64,000 bases of DNA from Candidatus Nitrospinota bacterium M3_3B_026 (GCA_051418015.1 JBPRGF010000029.1:1-64000), one strand, 5' to 3'; shown: positions 47,284-58,972, numbered from the stretch's first letter. The notes: generated by a model from the sequence alone, not told the origin. Numbers and translations: made by a program.

Positions 47284-49713
47284 GTGAAAAAATACCTGTG
47301 CGTCCACGGGCACTTCTACCAGCCCCCCCGGGAGAACCCCTGGCTCGAGATCATAGAGGTCCAGGACACCGCCGCGCCCTACCACGATTGGAACGAGCGG
47401 GTGAACAGGGAATGCTACGCCCCTAACACCGCCTCCCGCCTCTACGGCAAGGGCGGCAGGATCAAGCGGATAGTGAACAACTTCGAGCGGATAAGCTTCA
47501 ACGTCGGCCCGACACTGATGAGCTGGCTCGAGGAGAACGACAAGACCGCCTACGCAAGAATAGTGGAGGCCGACAAGGCCAGCGCGAAGGCGCATGGCGG
47601 CCACGGATCAGGCCTTGCCCAAGCCTACAACCACATGATAATGCCCCTTGCCACCGACAGGGACAAAACCACACAGGTCAAGTGGGGAATCGCCGATTTC
47701 AAGCGCCATTTCGGGCGCGACCCGGAGGGGATGTGGCTGCCGGAGACCGCCGCGGATAAAAAGACCCTCCAGGCTCTGGCCGAAAACGGCATAACCTTCA
47801 CCATCCTGGCCCCCAGCCAGGCCAAGGCCGTCCGGGAAAAGGAGGGGGGGAAGATGACCCCCGTGAACGGCGGGATAGACCCCACCCGCCCATACAAGGT
47901 GAAGCTCGACGCCGGACGGGAGATAACGGTCTTCTTCTACGACGGGCCGATAAGCCAGGCCGTGGCCTTCGAGGAGATCCTGGACAGCGGCGAGAAGTTC
48001 GCAAAGAGGCTGAAGGACGGCTTCGCCGAACAGAGAAAATGGAGCCAGATCGTCAACATCGCCACCGACGGCGAGACCTACGGCCACCACCACAGGTTCG
48101 GCGAGATGGCGCTCTCCTACGCCCTTGAGTGGATCGAAAAGTCCGACGAGATAGAGCTGACCAACTACGCCGAATACCTCTCGAAACACCCCCCCCCCGC
48201 CGAGGCGGAGATCCACGAGAACTCGTCGTGGTCGTGCTCCCACGGCGTGGAGCGGTGGAGGAGCGATTGCGGCTGCAGCATCGGCGGGCAGGACTGGAAC
48301 CAGAAATGGCGCGCGCCGCTGCGGGAGGCGCTGGACAACCTGAAAACCCGGATCGACGAGATATACGAGCGGGAAGGGGGGAAAATTTTCAAGGACCCGT
48401 GGGAGGCCCGGGACGGCTACATAGAAGTGATACTGGACAGGAGCGAAAAGCGCGCCAACCGGTTCCTTGCCGAGCGGGCCGGGCGGGAGCTTTCACGGGA
48501 GGAGCGGGTGAGAGCCCTTTGCCTGCTGGAGGCGCAGCGTAACTCCATGCTGATGTTCACCTCCTGCGGCTGGTTTTTCGACGACGTGTCGGGCATCGAG
48601 ACCTCCCAGCTTTTGAAATACGCCGCGCGGGCCATGCAGCTTGTCGAGGACATGACCGGTGAGAGCATGGAGAGCGGTTTTCTGGAAATCCTGAAAAAGG
48701 CGAAAAGCAACATCCCCGCCCAGGGAAACGGCGAGGACATATACCGCCGCTACGTCCTGCCGGAGAAGGCGACGCTTTCAAGGCTGCTTGCCAACCACGC
48801 CATATCCCACACCCTCGACGCCAACGGAGAAAGCGGCCTGGGAAAGGTCTTCGAGGTACGCGAAAAAAGCGGCGAGAAGGAGGAATACGGCGACACGGCC
48901 CTTTACGTCTCCCGGGCGGTGGCCAGGTCGAAGATCACCCTGGAAGAGAAGGCGATGGTCGCCGCCACGCTGCGCCTCGGCGGGGCGGACATCACCTGCT
49001 TCACCCGGCCGGACACGGGGATCGAGGACTACGAGCCGCTGGTGAAAGACGTCTTCTGGGTCTGGCGTCAGCGCTCCATGGCGGAGCTTATAAGGCGGCT
49101 GGACGCGGCCTTCAAGGACGGGCATTTCACCCTGAGGGACCTTTTCATGGAGCAGCGCCGGAAAGCCGTCAACGTCCTCTTCGCCGATCACATCATGCGC
49201 TTCGTGGACACCTACGACCAGCTATTCTGGCGCAACCGGCGGATGATGGACTTCTTCGTCGAGGCCAAGGTCCCCCCGCCGCGGGAGTTCAAGATGGCGG
49301 CGCAGTACATCCTGGAAAAGGAGCTTTTGGACTCCGCCGGGGAGCTTGCCAAGCCCGATGCGCCGGAGAGGATGGCAAACCTTTTGGGGGAGATGAGAAA
49401 ATGGGACGTGGACGTGGACCTGCGGCCCGTCCGCAAGGAGCTTGAGCGGCGGCTGCTGGAGACCATCGACAGGCTGGACAGGGAGCGGGACGTGGACATG
49501 GCCCGCAACGTCATCCAGATGATCCTCGCCGCCCAGACCGCCGACCTGGGTCTCGACCTGTGGGCTATCCAGAACCGTTTCGACTCCATATACAAGGCGC
49601 GGATGGAAACCCCCGAAGATCCTTTCTACGGCCACCCGGAGCTTGGGAAGCTCGGCATCCTGCTGAATTTCTCCTTCGGCTCCGCGGCTAGAAAAGCGCC
49701 TGAGACCACCTGA
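47284..49713 (+). CDS. Glycoside hydrolase family 57 / DUF3536 protein
   Basis: HGHFYQPPRENPW, GMWLPETA, ATDGETYGHH, SWSCSHGVERW, MFTSCGWFFD. Confidence 0.92.
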   Translation: MKKYLCVHGHFYQPPRENPWLEIIEVQDTAAPYHDWNERVNRECYAPNTASRLYGKGGRIKRIVNNFERISFNVGPTLMSWLEENDKTAYARIVEADKASAKAHGGHGSGLAQAYNHMIMPLATDRDKTTQVKWGIADFKRHFGRDPEGMWLPETAADKKTLQALAENGITFTILAPSQAKAVREKEGGKMTPVNGGIDPTRPYKVKLDAGREITVFFYDGPISQAVAFEEILDSGEKFAKRLKDGFAEQRKWSQIVNIATDGETYGHHHRFGEMALSYALEWIEKSDEIELTNYAEYLSKHPPPAEAEIHENSSWSCSHGVERWRSDCGCSIGGQDWNQKWRAPLREALDNLKTRIDEIYEREGGKIFKDPWEARDGYIEVILDRSEKRANRFLAERAGRELSREERVRALCLLEAQRNSMLMFTSCGWFFDDVSGIETSQLLKYAARAMQLVEDMTGESMESGFLEILKKAKSNIPAQGNGEDIYRRYVLPEKATLSRLLANHAISHTLDANGESGLGKVFEVREKSGEKEEYGDTALYVSRAVARSKITLEEKAMVAATLRLGGADITCFTRPDTGIEDYEPLVKDVFWVWRQRSMAELIRRLDAAFKDGHFTLRDLFMEQRRKAVNVLFADHIMRFVDTYDQLFWRNRRMMDFFVEAKVPPPREFKMAAQYILEKELLDSAGELAKPDAPERMANLLGEMRKWDVDVDLRPVRKELERRLLETIDRLDRERDVDMARNVIQMILAAQTADLGLDLWAIQNRFDSIYKARMETPEDPFYGHPELGKLGILLNFSFGSAARKAPETT

Positions 49714-49821
49714 AAGTCCCCTCCCGGGAGGAGGCGCAGGATCGCTCTGACGCCCGCGACCTGAACACCAGCCAAGAGGCCGGTCTAAGGGACCTTGCCG
49801 TTGTTGTTTGTCGTAACCCCG

Positions 49822-50790
49822 TCAATAGAGCCAGCAGGCGACCCTTGTCCCGCCGTCGACGGTCTTGAGTTCCGGCGTCTTCTCCCTGCATATCTCCATC
49901 ACCTTCGGGCAGCGCGGATGGAAAGCGCAGCCGGGCGGCTTGTGGAGCGGGTCCGGGACGGCGCCGGGTATCTCCTTCAGCCTTCCTTTTTCGTTGAACC
50001 CGTGGCGGACGGGCAGGGACTCGATGAGCCCCTGTGTGTAAGGGTGCGCCGGGGCGGCGAAGAGCCTTTTAACTTCCGCCTCCTCGGCGACGGTCCCGGC
50101 GTACATCACCACCACGTCCTGGCAGGTCTCGGCCACCACCCCGAGGTTGTGTGTGATTAGGATGATGGAGGCGTTGTACTGCTGTTTCATTTCCAGCATC
50201 AGGTCGAGTATCTGTTGCTGGATGGTGACGTCGAGGGCGGTGGTCGGCTCGTCGGCTATCAAAAGCTCCGGGCCGCAGGCCAGGGCCATGGCGATCATGG
50301 CGCGCTGGCGCATCCCGCCGGAGAGTTGGTGCGGATACTCGGCCGCCCGCTGCTCCGGCGCGGGGATGCCGACCTTTTTCAGAAGCTCCGCCGCCTGAAC
50401 CCGGGCCTCCCGGCGGGATATGCCGCGGTGGACACGCAAAGGCTCCGACACCTGGTCGCCGATGGTGAAGACAGGGTTCAGCGCGGACATCGGCTCCTGG
50501 AAGATCATGGCGATCCTGTTTCCGCGGATGCGGCGCAGGCGCTCCTCCGGCAGCGTCAAAAGGTCTTTCCCGCCGAAGAGAACGCGCCCCCCGGCGATCC
50601 TCCCCGGCGGCTGTATCAGGCGCAGGATGGAGAGGGCGGAGATCGTCTTGCCGCAGCCGGACTCCCCAACGATTCCCAGCGTCTTCCCCGCCCGCGCCTC
50701 GTAGGACACCCCGTCCACCGCGCGGGACACGCCCGCCGGCGTGTCGAAGAAGACCTGAAGGTTTTCAACCTTTATAAGCGGCTCGGACAT
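49822..50790 (-). CDS. Oligopeptide/dipeptide ABC transporter ATP-binding protein (OppD/DppD-like)
   Basis: [32 protein letters not shown]. Confidence 0.95.
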   Translation of the reverse strand: MSEPLIKVENLQVFFDTPAGVSRAVDGVSYEARAGKTLGIVGESGCGKTISALSILRLIQPPGRIAGGRVLFGGKDLLTLPEERLRRIRGNRIAMIFQEPMSALNPVFTIGDQVSEPLRVHRGISRREARVQAAELLKKVGIPAPEQRAAEYPHQLSGGMRQRAMIAMALACGPELLIADEPTTALDVTIQQQILDLMLEMKQQYNASIILITHNLGVVAETCQDVVVMYAGTVAEEAEVKRLFAAPAHPYTQGLIESLPVRHGFNEKGRLKEIPGAVPDPLHKPPGCAFHPRCPKVMEICREKTPELKTVDGGTRVACWLY

Positions 50791-50826
50791 GATGGGGATT
50801 CTACGGAACCGTCCTTTCCGCCCCGC

Positions 50827-51495
50827 TCAAGAGCCTCCCTTTCCCCGGATGGCGGCGATCGCCCCGGCGTAGTCGTCGCTTTTGAAGATGGCGGACCCGG
50901 CCACGAGGACATTCACGCCCGCGGAGCGGACACTGGCGGCGTTTTCCGGCTTGATCCCGCCGTCCATCTCTATGTCAACGTCCAGCCCGGCCTTCTCGAT
51001 CATGCTTTTCAGCCGCCCGGCCTTGGGAAGCGACGAGGGGATAAAAGTCTGGCCGCCGAAACCGGGGTTCACGGACATCAGCAGGACCATGTCCACGTCC
51101 TGCAGGATGTCCTCCAGCAGGCCGAGCGGCGAGGAGGGGTTCAGCGACACCCCGGCCTTTTTGCCCGTCTCCTTTATCTGATACACCACTCTATGCAGGT
51201 GCGGGCAGGCCTCGGCGTGGACGGTTATGATGTCCGCCCCGGCATGGGCGAAGTCGCCTATGTAGCGCTCCGGCTTCTCGATCATCAGGTGAACGTCGAG
51301 CGGCAGGGTTGTCATCGGGCGCAGGCTCTCCACCACGGGCGGGCCTATGGTTATGTTCGGGACGAAATGCCCGTCCATGACGTCGACGTGGAGCCAGTCC
51401 GCCCCCGCCTCCTCGACGGCCCGCGCCTCCTCGGCCAGCCGCCCGAAATCGGCGGAGAGGATCGACGGGGCGACTATTATCTTCCGCTCGCTCAC
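50827..51495 (-). CDS. rpe: Ribulose-phosphate 3-epimerase
   Basis: [34 protein letters not shown]. Confidence 0.96.
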   Translation of the reverse strand: MSERKIIVAPSILSADFGRLAEEARAVEEAGADWLHVDVMDGHFVPNITIGPPVVESLRPMTTLPLDVHLMIEKPERYIGDFAHAGADIITVHAEACPHLHRVVYQIKETGKKAGVSLNPSSPLGLLEDILQDVDMVLLMSVNPGFGGQTFIPSSLPKAGRLKSMIEKAGLDVDIEMDGGIKPENAASVRSAGVNVLVAGSAIFKSDDYAGAIAAIRGKGGS

Positions 51496-51567
51496 TCCTG
51501 CCTTTTCTCCTGGATTTTCCCGCGCCATGAGAGTTTACATCATTCGCGCCGACACGGCGAGGGCGGC

Positions 51568-52809
51568 TTAAAAATCCCGAACCGAGCGCCACAGCCAGGT
51601 GAGCATCTCCAGCGCCGTCCTCTCCTGGTTTCTCGTCCGCTCGTCGCCGAGCCGAAGCTTTCTGACCTCGGTCCTGCCTTTAAAACACATGCCGATGTAG
51701 ACGAGGCCGACCGGTTTTTCCCTCGTGCCTCCCGTGGGGCCGGCGACGCCGGTGGCGGACAGGCCGATGTAGGCGCCGGACGTTTTCGCTATCCCCTCGG
51801 CCATCCGGCGGGCGGTCTCGGCGGAGACGGCGCCGTGTTTTTCAATGACCTGCCGCCGAACGCCGAGACGTTTTATCTTCGACTCGTTGGTGTAGGTGAC
51901 CGCTCCTTCCAGAAAATAGCGCGATGAGCCGGGGAGGCGGGTTATCATGCTCGCGAAAAGCCCACCCGTGCAGCTTTCCGCGCACGCGAGGGTGAGCCTC
52001 TTTCTGGCGAGGATTCCGCCGACCACCCCCTCCAGCGTGTCGGCGTCCCTGCCGTAGCAGAAAGGCGCCACCGTCTTCAAAAGCCGCGCCTCGGCCCGCC
52101 GAAGCGCCGCCTGGGCCGCCCTCCGCGTCTCTCCCCGGACAGTCAGGCGCAGGTCGACCATCCCCATGCGCGGCAGGTAGGCAAGCTCCACGCCATCGCC
52201 GGGGCCGCCTGCCTTCTCGATCATCTCGTACAGGTCGGACTCGCCGATCCCGGCTGTCCGCAATATTCTCCTCGCCACGGCTGGCGCCTTGAATTTTTTA
52301 CGTACGCGGGGCAACACCTCCTTTTCCACCAGGTTTTTCATCTCGTAAGGAACCCCAGGCAGAGCGAAAAGCATCCGGCCGCCCGACTCGAAATATATCA
52401 GCGGCGCCGTCCCCCACCTGTTCGGGACGGCCACGGCGCTCTCGGGAACGTCGGCCTGGCCCTCGTTGACGGGGGGCATGGGTTTTTTGAGCTTGGCGGA
52501 AAAATAACGCCTCACGGCCCGCAGAACCTTTTCGTCCCTCACGAGCCTCGTGTTGAACGCTTTCAGCAGGGCCGGCTTGGTCACGTCGTCGTGGGTGGGG
52601 CCGAGACCGCCGGTCACGAAAACAAGGCCGTATTTTTTAAACGCGGCGCGTATCTCCCTGGCAAGCTCCCCGGCGTCGTCGCGCAGCGTCAGGACACGCT
52701 CCGGCGACAGACCGTAAGGGTCCAGCCTCGCAGCCAGCCACGCCGCGTTGGTGTTCACCGTGTGGCCCGAGACCACCTCGTCACCGACGGTTATGATCAC
52801 GGTTTTCAT
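51568..52809 (-). CDS. cinA: Competence/damage-inducible protein CinA (MoCF-binding + PncC)
   Basis: GDE..NTNA, GGLGPTHDD, AESCTGG, TGVAGP. Confidence 0.95.
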   Translation of the reverse strand: MKTVIITVGDEVVSGHTVNTNAAWLAARLDPYGLSPERVLTLRDDAGELAREIRAAFKKYGLVFVTGGLGPTHDDVTKPALLKAFNTRLVRDEKVLRAVRRYFSAKLKKPMPPVNEGQADVPESAVAVPNRWGTAPLIYFESGGRMLFALPGVPYEMKNLVEKEVLPRVRKKFKAPAVARRILRTAGIGESDLYEMIEKAGGPGDGVELAYLPRMGMVDLRLTVRGETRRAAQAALRRAEARLLKTVAPFCYGRDADTLEGVVGGILARKRLTLACAESCTGGLFASMITRLPGSSRYFLEGAVTYTNESKIKRLGVRRQVIEKHGAVSAETARRMAEGIAKTSGAYIGLSATGVAGPTGGTREKPVGLVYIGMCFKGRTEVRKLRLGDERTRNQERTALEMLTWLWRSVRDF

Positions 52810-52813
52810 GGTT

Positions 52814-53125
52814 TCACGTGAACGGCAACGGCATAATCTGAAAAGCCTCCTCGGGGCTCAATGGCTCGCCGGTCTCTATGCGGACGGAGCCGTAGCCTGC
52901 CTCCCGGGCTGCTGTCATGAGCGCCTCCCTCTCCTCGTCGCCGACGGCGGAGGAGTCCCCGGCGAGGTGTATCATCGCCCTGGCCTGCGGCTCCCGGGCG
53001 GCCAGCGGCTCGAGATCGAAAACATCCCGCCAGGGTCTGCCGCGGGTGTCTATCCTCCCGCGGGACGACGACCACGCCTCGGCCGCGCCGTCGGCGAGAT
53101 GGACCAGGACGTATAGAAGCTCCAT
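52814..53125 (-). CDS. Hypothetical protein
   Basis: About 103-aa ORF MELLYVLVHL... ending 4 bp before the cinA start. Confidence 0.5.
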   Translation of the reverse strand: MELLYVLVHLADGAAEAWSSSRGRIDTRGRPWRDVFDLEPLAAREPQARAMIHLAGDSSAVGDEEREALMTAAREAGYGSVRIETGEPLSPEEAFQIMPLPFT

Positions 53126-53205
53126 ACAGGGACTGATTGTACCCAACGGGGCGGGGTTGATGTTATAGTAAAATCGTCGCGCGGGTTTAACATTCATGGA
53201 AATCG

Positions 53206-53601
53206 ATGAGCATACCCAGACCGTCCGAGGCCGTCGAAAAGCTCGAAAAGATGCTTGGCTCCCCGGCGGGGTCCGGCGGAGAAGACAAAGAGAAGGCGCT
53301 CGATGAGCTTGTCGACCTCCTGGAAAAGGACACCGGGATATCCCGGATAATGAAGGACAACGAGGCCGGCGTGGACGCCCTGAAAGAGATATTCCATACG
53401 CTGGAGACAAACGGCGCCGGGGTCTGGGTCGGTGGGCGGTACGTTCCCGCCGCCTCCCTTTTCACGCCGGAGGTGTTGAGCTATTTTGTCACTGTCCGAG
53501 AACGGGACGAGCTCAACAGCCTGGCCATAAACCAGGTCCTGGGATACTTCGACGGCCTTACCGCCCGCCTCGTCCCGCCGGGCGAGCTTCTGGGACGCTG
53601 A
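53206..53601 (+). CDS. Hypothetical protein
   Basis: 131-aa ORF with host-like codon usage. Confidence 0.7.
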   Translation: MSIPRPSEAVEKLEKMLGSPAGSGGEDKEKALDELVDLLEKDTGISRIMKDNEAGVDALKEIFHTLETNGAGVWVGGRYVPAASLFTPEVLSYFVTVRERDELNSLAINQVLGYFDGLTARLVPPGELLGR

Positions 53602-53656
53602 ATCTTTTCAACATCAACAAAAAATCCGTTCGCGGCGCGGCGCGGCGCGGGGGAAG

Positions 53657-54094
53657 GTGAAAGCTGAACACATGACCGGCGAGCGCGAAGAGGAGCTTGA
53701 GATACCGGACGAGGACCTTGTGGACCTTGCCCGGGAGGCTATGGAGAGCGCCTACGCGCCCTATTCGAAATTCATGGTCGGCGCGGCGGCGGTGGCGGAC
53801 ACGGGGCGGATCTTCACCGGCGTGAACGTGGAAAACGCCTCCTACGGCCTAACCGTCTGCGCCGAGCGGGTGGCGGTCCTCAAGGCCGTCTCGGAGGGCG
53901 AGAGGCGGATAGTCAAGGTCGCGGTGGTCTCCTCCTCGGGCGAGATCACCTACCCCTGCGGCGCCTGCCGCCAGACCCTGCGCGAGTTTTCCAGGGACAC
54001 GGTGATCGTCCTGGCGGACGCCTCCGGGAACGTGGAGCGGCACACCCTCTCAAAACTTCTGCCCCACTCCTTCAACCGCGAGCCGCCTGGCTGA
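53657..54094 (+). CDS. cdd: Cytidine deaminase
   Basis: AYAPYSKF, NVENASYG..CAER, PCGACRQ. Confidence 0.95.
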   Translation: MKAEHMTGEREEELEIPDEDLVDLAREAMESAYAPYSKFMVGAAAVADTGRIFTGVNVENASYGLTVCAERVAVLKAVSEGERRIVKVAVVSSSGEITYPCGACRQTLREFSRDTVIVLADASGNVERHTLSKLLPHSFNREPPG

Positions 54095-54326
54095 CGGCGG
54101 ACGGATCCCCCCTCCCCACGCTGACGATTTCCATATCCACCCTCCACGCGCGCCAGCCCTTTCCACCAGAAAGCGATGATGACGCCCGGCCGAAAACCGG
54201 GAAAAAGCAAGCGACCGCGAAAATTTTCGCATGACCCGAAAAAAAAAGCTTGACTGAACGGCAATTTATGTTTAAATATTTCTGAAGAGAATATAATCAT
54301 TTCATTCTCTTTTAACTATACGAGAT

Positions 54327-54512
54327 ATGGTCAAGACCAGCGACAGCGAAAAGAAGGTTCCGGTCACGACGCATCTTTATCAGCGTCAGATAGACCAGCT
54401 CAACAAGGTGGCCAAGGATTTGCGTGTCACCAAGGCGGTTCTCTTCCGGGAGGCCATAGAGCAGCTTCTGAAACGCTATGAGGAAAAACAGCTTGATATC
54501 GGGATCAAATGA
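54327..54512 (+). CDS. Ribbon-helix-helix DNA-binding protein
   Basis: TTHLYQRQIDQLNKVAKDLRVTKAVLFREAIEQLLKRY. Confidence 0.8.
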   Translation: MVKTSDSEKKVPVTTHLYQRQIDQLNKVAKDLRVTKAVLFREAIEQLLKRYEEKQLDIGIK

Positions 54513-54977
54513 GACGGCGGGAGACGCTGGTTTGACCGCGATTTACAGATCGTGGCGGCTGGCGCGGGCCGCGGGCCGTGGAGGCCCTGTCCGCGCCGCG
54601 TCCGCTTTTTGTGTTGGCATCAGCTCGGATCCGGGGCCGGACCCAGACCACCACTTTACTGACCACCACCAACTTGGGCCGTCGCCTGACGGCCTCTCAA
54701 GGACCACCACTTTCTCTTCGGCCTCGTCTGAGTATTAGCCTTCCTCCCCGGGAGGCGTTGATGTGTGATCGGCCCCGGCCGGCCCGGCCGGGGCCGGTCA
54801 TCTTTCAAGGCGGTCCCGGGCCTTCGCGGTTTGTTGGTATCTTGCTGATTTTCCGCGGCTTGTTCCGTCATCCCGCCGCTTTTCAGTTCTGTTTTCGCGC
54901 TTGTTTTATTTTCGGGATTGTGGTATTAAATAATTAGAAGCAAAGGAGTTCGCTCCTGGAAGCGAAGGGGTGAGACT

Positions 54978-55163
54978 ATCTCCCCTGCCGCGTTCGTGGT
55001 GGTTGGATTTTCTTGAGCCAACACTCGAGTTCAGGGAGCTATCCAAGGCCGTTGTGAGCATGTCCGAAGCCTAAGGTTTCGGAAAGCCTGATGCGGTACG
55101 GACGGCGCCCACCTGTTTGGGAAAGGACTCAAAGAAAATGGCCCCACGGCGATGGCGGGGGAT
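54978..55163 (+). ncRNA. ssrS: 6S RNA
   Basis: About 185 nt; ends pair (CCCCTGCCG / TGGCGGGGG), TTGAGCC / GGACTCAA helices flank a central bubble; located upstream of rny-ymdB. Confidence 0.8.
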
Positions 55164-55633
55164 TTAAGTATCCATGCGATTGTTATTGAACGGTAGAGTC
55201 TCCGAATCACATATTATGGGTTGGATCTGGTCCTTTTTGATATCTTTTCCGCGCGAGGCGGGCGAAGTTTTCGAGAAGCTCTTCGGCGGCCTCGCTTCGG
55301 CGGAGGATGAATCGGCCTTTGGTTTTGGATGGAGGAAAAGAACCGTCACGGTTCCCCGCCGCGCGGGCGGGCGCCGCGGCGTATACGGATTGCCTTGCCC
55401 GTTTCCGCCGGCATGGACGGACGCGCGGTCCGCGCTCTCCCCGGAGAGACCGGACGGCGGCGGCAGCGTTCCGCGACGTCTTTTCCGGAGAAACCCTGAT
55501 CCGCTGATCCTTTAAAAACCGGCCCGCCCACACTTTTTCGGAGCCTTCCGTCTCGGTTGTGTTTTGTAGCGGGCGCGCGGTTCGCGCGCCGCGCGTTTTC
55601 GCGAAAACCTTCTTTGAGGTTGGGAAAAGCGAG

Positions 55634-57187
55634 ATGGAAACCGCCATTATCATTCTCGGCGCCCTGGCCGCGGGGTTCGGCGCCGGATACTATTTCAAAA
55701 GGGTAACCGAGGCCGGGCGGGCGGCGGAGCTTTCCGCGGACGCCGAACGCGTCCTGGAGAGAGCCAGGCAGGAAGCCAGCACGGTCGTAAGGGAAAGCAA
55801 GCTCGAGGCCAAGGAGACCCTCCTGAAGGCCCAGGCCGACTTCGAAAAGAAGGCCCAGGAGCGCAAGAACGAGATGGAGCAGTTCGAAAAACGCCTGCTT
55901 CAGCGGGAGAAGATCCTGGACAGCAAATACGAGCAGGCCGAAAGGCGCGAGCGGGATATGGCCGCCCGGGAAAAAGACCTGGCCCAGCTCGAGGGCAGGC
56001 TCCGGGAAAAGATCGAGGAGGCCGGCGCCGCCGTCGAAAAACAGCTCGGAAAACTCCAGGAGATATCCAGGATGAGCGCCGAGGAGGCCCGGGAGGAGAT
56101 GAAGGCCGCCCTGTTCGACGACGCCAGGCTGGAGGCGGCCAACAACCTGAAAAAGATCGAGGAACGGACGAAGGAGGAGGCCTCGGAGAAGGCCGGGCAG
56201 ATCATATCCCTCGCCATCCAGCGTCTCTCCACCGACCACGTGGCGGAGAACACCGTCTCCGTGGTGGACCTCCCCTCGGACGAGATGAAGGGCAGGATCA
56301 TAGGCCGCGAAGGCCGCAACATAAGAGCCCTGGAGGTCGCCACGGGGGTGGACCTGATCATAGACGACACGCCGAACGCGGTCATCCTCTCCTGTTTCGA
56401 CCCCATAAAGCGCGAGGTGGCGCGGCTGACCCTCCAGAGGCTTATAAACGACGGGCGCATCCACCCGGGGCGCATCGAGGACACGGTGGAGAAGGTATCC
56501 AAGGAGATGAACGCCCAGTTGCGGGAGAACGGCGAGAAGGCCATCTTCGAGCTGGGGATCGACGGTATCCACCAGGAGTTGGTCAGGCTCCTGGGCAGGC
56601 TGAAGTTCCGCACCAGCTACTCCCAGAACGTCCTGCGGCACTCCATCGAGGTGGGCTACCTGGCCGGGATAATGGCCGCCGAGCTGGGGCAGAACGTCAA
56701 GCTCGCCAAAAGGGCCGGGCTGATGCACGACATCGGCAAGGCCGTGGACCAGGACACTGAGGGCACACACGTGCAGATCGGCATGGAGTTGGCCCGCCGG
56801 TACAATGAGCCGAAGGCGGTCATAAACTCCATCGCCTCCCACCACGAGGACCACCCGGCGGAGTCGGTCATAGCTGTCCTGGTGGCGGCGGCGGACGCCC
56901 TCTCGGCCTCCCGGCCGGGAGCGCGCCGGGAGATGTTGCAGAACTACATCGCCAGGATGCAGAAGCTCGAGGAGATAGGCGACTCTTTTGATGGAGTGGA
57001 GAAGACCTTCGCCATCCAGGCCGGGCGCGAGGTGCGCGTCGTGGTCAAGCCGGACGCCATCGGCGACAACGAGGCTTTTTTCCTCTCCAGGGACATCGCA
57101 AAGAAGATAGAAGAGGAGCTCGCCTATCCGGGCGAGATAAGGGTCACCGTCATCCGCGAGACGCGGATCACCAACTACGCCAAGTAA
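55634..57187 (+). CDS. rny: Ribonuclease Y
   Basis: N-terminal TM, coiled coil, KH ([13 protein letters not shown]), HD (HDIGK), [12 protein letters not shown]. Confidence 0.97.
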   Translation: METAIIILGALAAGFGAGYYFKRVTEAGRAAELSADAERVLERARQEASTVVRESKLEAKETLLKAQADFEKKAQERKNEMEQFEKRLLQREKILDSKYEQAERRERDMAAREKDLAQLEGRLREKIEEAGAAVEKQLGKLQEISRMSAEEAREEMKAALFDDARLEAANNLKKIEERTKEEASEKAGQIISLAIQRLSTDHVAENTVSVVDLPSDEMKGRIIGREGRNIRALEVATGVDLIIDDTPNAVILSCFDPIKREVARLTLQRLINDGRIHPGRIEDTVEKVSKEMNAQLRENGEKAIFELGIDGIHQELVRLLGRLKFRTSYSQNVLRHSIEVGYLAGIMAAELGQNVKLAKRAGLMHDIGKAVDQDTEGTHVQIGMELARRYNEPKAVINSIASHHEDHPAESVIAVLVAAADALSASRPGARREMLQNYIARMQKLEEIGDSFDGVEKTFAIQAGREVRVVVKPDAIGDNEAFFLSRDIAKKIEEELAYPGEIRVTVIRETRITNYAK

Positions 57188-57190
57188 CCC

Positions 57191-57973
57191 ATGAGAATCC
57201 TCGTCGTGGGAGATGTCTTCGGCAAGGTGGGAAGACGCGTCCTGAAATCGGCCCTGAACAACGTGATCTCCATGACCAGGGCGGACATCGTGATCGCCAA
57301 CGGGGAGAACCTGGCGGGCGGGTTCGGCTTCACCCGGGCGCTGCTGGACGAGGTCTTCGGCCTGGGGGTGGACGTCATCACCACCGGCAACCACGTCTGG
57401 GACAAAAAGGAGGCGCTCTCGCTTGTGGAGACGGAGCCGCGCCTTCTGCGCCCGGCCAACTATCCCGACACCGCGCCGGGCAGGGGCGCGGGGGTCTACG
57501 AGACGTCCGCCGGGGCGAAGATCGGCGTGGTGAACCTGATGGGGCGCGTCTTCATGGACGCCGTGGACTGCCCCTTCCAGCGCGCCGAGCGGGAGCTTGA
57601 GAAGATCAAGGACAAGACGAAGGTCATCCTGGTGGACATGCACGCCGAGGCCACCAGCGAAAAGGAGGCGATGGGCTACTTCCTCGACGGCCGCGTCTCG
57701 GCGGTCGTGGGATCGCACACCCACGTGCAGACCGCCGACGAGAAAATCCTGCCCCGGAACACGGCCTACATAACCGACGCCGGGATGACGGGGCCGTCGC
57801 ATTCCATCATCGGCGTGCGGGTGGACATCATCCTCAAAAGATTCACCCAGAAACTGCCGGAGAGGTTCGACGAGGCCCTCGGCCCGGGCCAGTTCAACGC
57901 CGTCCTGGTGGAGGCCGACGACGACACCGGCTTCGCGAAATCGATAAAAAGAATCCAGGCCGCCTACGATTGA
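57191..57973 (+). CDS. ymdB: TIGR00282/YmdB metallophosphoesterase
   Basis: GDVFG, NGEN, GNH, DMHAEATSEK, GSHTHVQTAD; follows rny. Confidence 0.93.
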   Translation: MRILVVGDVFGKVGRRVLKSALNNVISMTRADIVIANGENLAGGFGFTRALLDEVFGLGVDVITTGNHVWDKKEALSLVETEPRLLRPANYPDTAPGRGAGVYETSAGAKIGVVNLMGRVFMDAVDCPFQRAERELEKIKDKTKVILVDMHAEATSEKEAMGYFLDGRVSAVVGSHTHVQTADEKILPRNTAYITDAGMTGPSHSIIGVRVDIILKRFTQKLPERFDEALGPGQFNAVLVEADDDTGFAKSIKRIQAAYD

Positions 57974-58034
57974 ATCCCACGGCCACGCAATGTCATCTCC
58001 GGCGGCGGCGGATGGCTGGCCCGCTGCCGGAAAA

Positions 58035-58367
58035 TCAGTCCGGCGAAGAGGCCGATCCGGTGATCTTTTCGGAACAGGCGGAGGATAAAGCCTTCGCGGC
58101 GGCCTTTTTCAACACATCCTTCGCCTCGCCGATCTCGTTGTGCGTGATGAGGATGGCGGCGTAATCCAGCAGCTTGGCGACATCTTTGTTTTCGCCCCCG
58201 CACTCCGTTTTTTTGACTGTGACAATGGATTGCGCCCATTTTTCTCTCAACTCCATGTCGCCGAAAGCCATGGCCGTCCCTGAAACCGAGAGGGCCGACA
58301 GGGCCGCCAGGGCCATGCGGAGCCCGCCCCAGCGGCCGTACAGGCTTTTTGAGTTGCGCCGTGTCAT
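58035..58367 (-). CDS. Hypothetical exported protein
   Basis: Signal peptide-like MALAALSALSVSGTAMA; 4-bp overlap with the upstream gene. Confidence 0.6.
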   Translation of the reverse strand: MTRRNSKSLYGRWGGLRMALAALSALSVSGTAMAFGDMELREKWAQSIVTVKKTECGGENKDVAKLLDYAAILITHNEIGEAKDVLKKAAAKALSSACSEKITGSASSPD

Positions 58368-58972
58368 GGGCCCGTTATCACCTCGAAGGGCAGGTTTTTG
58401 AGGGTTTCGAGCATTTTTGCGGCCTTTTCATAGATCCGCCGGTCCATCGTGTTGAAGGATACTTCATCGTCCTGGGAAAAAAGCGCCAGGACCCGCCCCC
58501 GGGCGTCCGTGGCGGCGCAGACTGTCCCCAGGGCCGTGATCTGCGGGGCGATGAGGCGGGCGGCGTCGGCGGCCTCCTCCCTTTCCACGACGATAACATC
58601 CATGCCGCGCCCCTCTTCCATGACGCGGCCGAGGACGGAGGCCTCCTCGACGGTCAGAAGCCCCTTCTTGCGGAGCCTGCCGATGTCCTCACCGGCCCAC
58701 TCTTCGTCCACGGCGTAAAGGTAGAGAGGGAAAAGGTCCAGTTCGTCCAGGATCCTCAGCATCGTCCCGATCATGGCGTATTCCACGCTCCGCTCGCCCG
58801 CCCCCTGCGCCTCGAAAGGCGAGACGGACGTGTCCGGTATGGAAAGATTGGTGAAATCGAACCCCAGGACGGACTCCTCGTCCTCGTAGCACAGAGCCCT
58901 CCCCTCCCGGCAGGGGACGATTCCGGCGGACCTTAGCGTCTCCAGAAAAGCTTTCTCGTCCAGGAAGTTCAT
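58364..58972 (-). CDS. Hypothetical protein
   Basis: About 202-aa ORF starting just downstream of tRNA-Ser. Confidence 0.7.
   Translation of the reverse strand: MNFLDEKAFLETLRSAGIVPCREGRALCYEDEESVLGFDFTNLSIPDTSVSPFEAQGAGERSVEYAMIGTMLRILDELDLFPLYLYAVDEEWAGEDIGRLRKKGLLTVEEASVLGRVMEEGRGMDVIVVEREEAADAARLIAPQITALGTVCAATDARGRVLALFSQDDEVSFNTMDRRIYEKAAKMLETLKNLPFEVITGP

Noticed and set aside
50215..51927. 570-aa plus-strand ORF
   Set aside because: Antisense shadow of the ABC ATPase, rpe and cinA
55346..57802. 818-aa minus-strand ORF
   Set aside because: Antisense shadow of rny and ymdB
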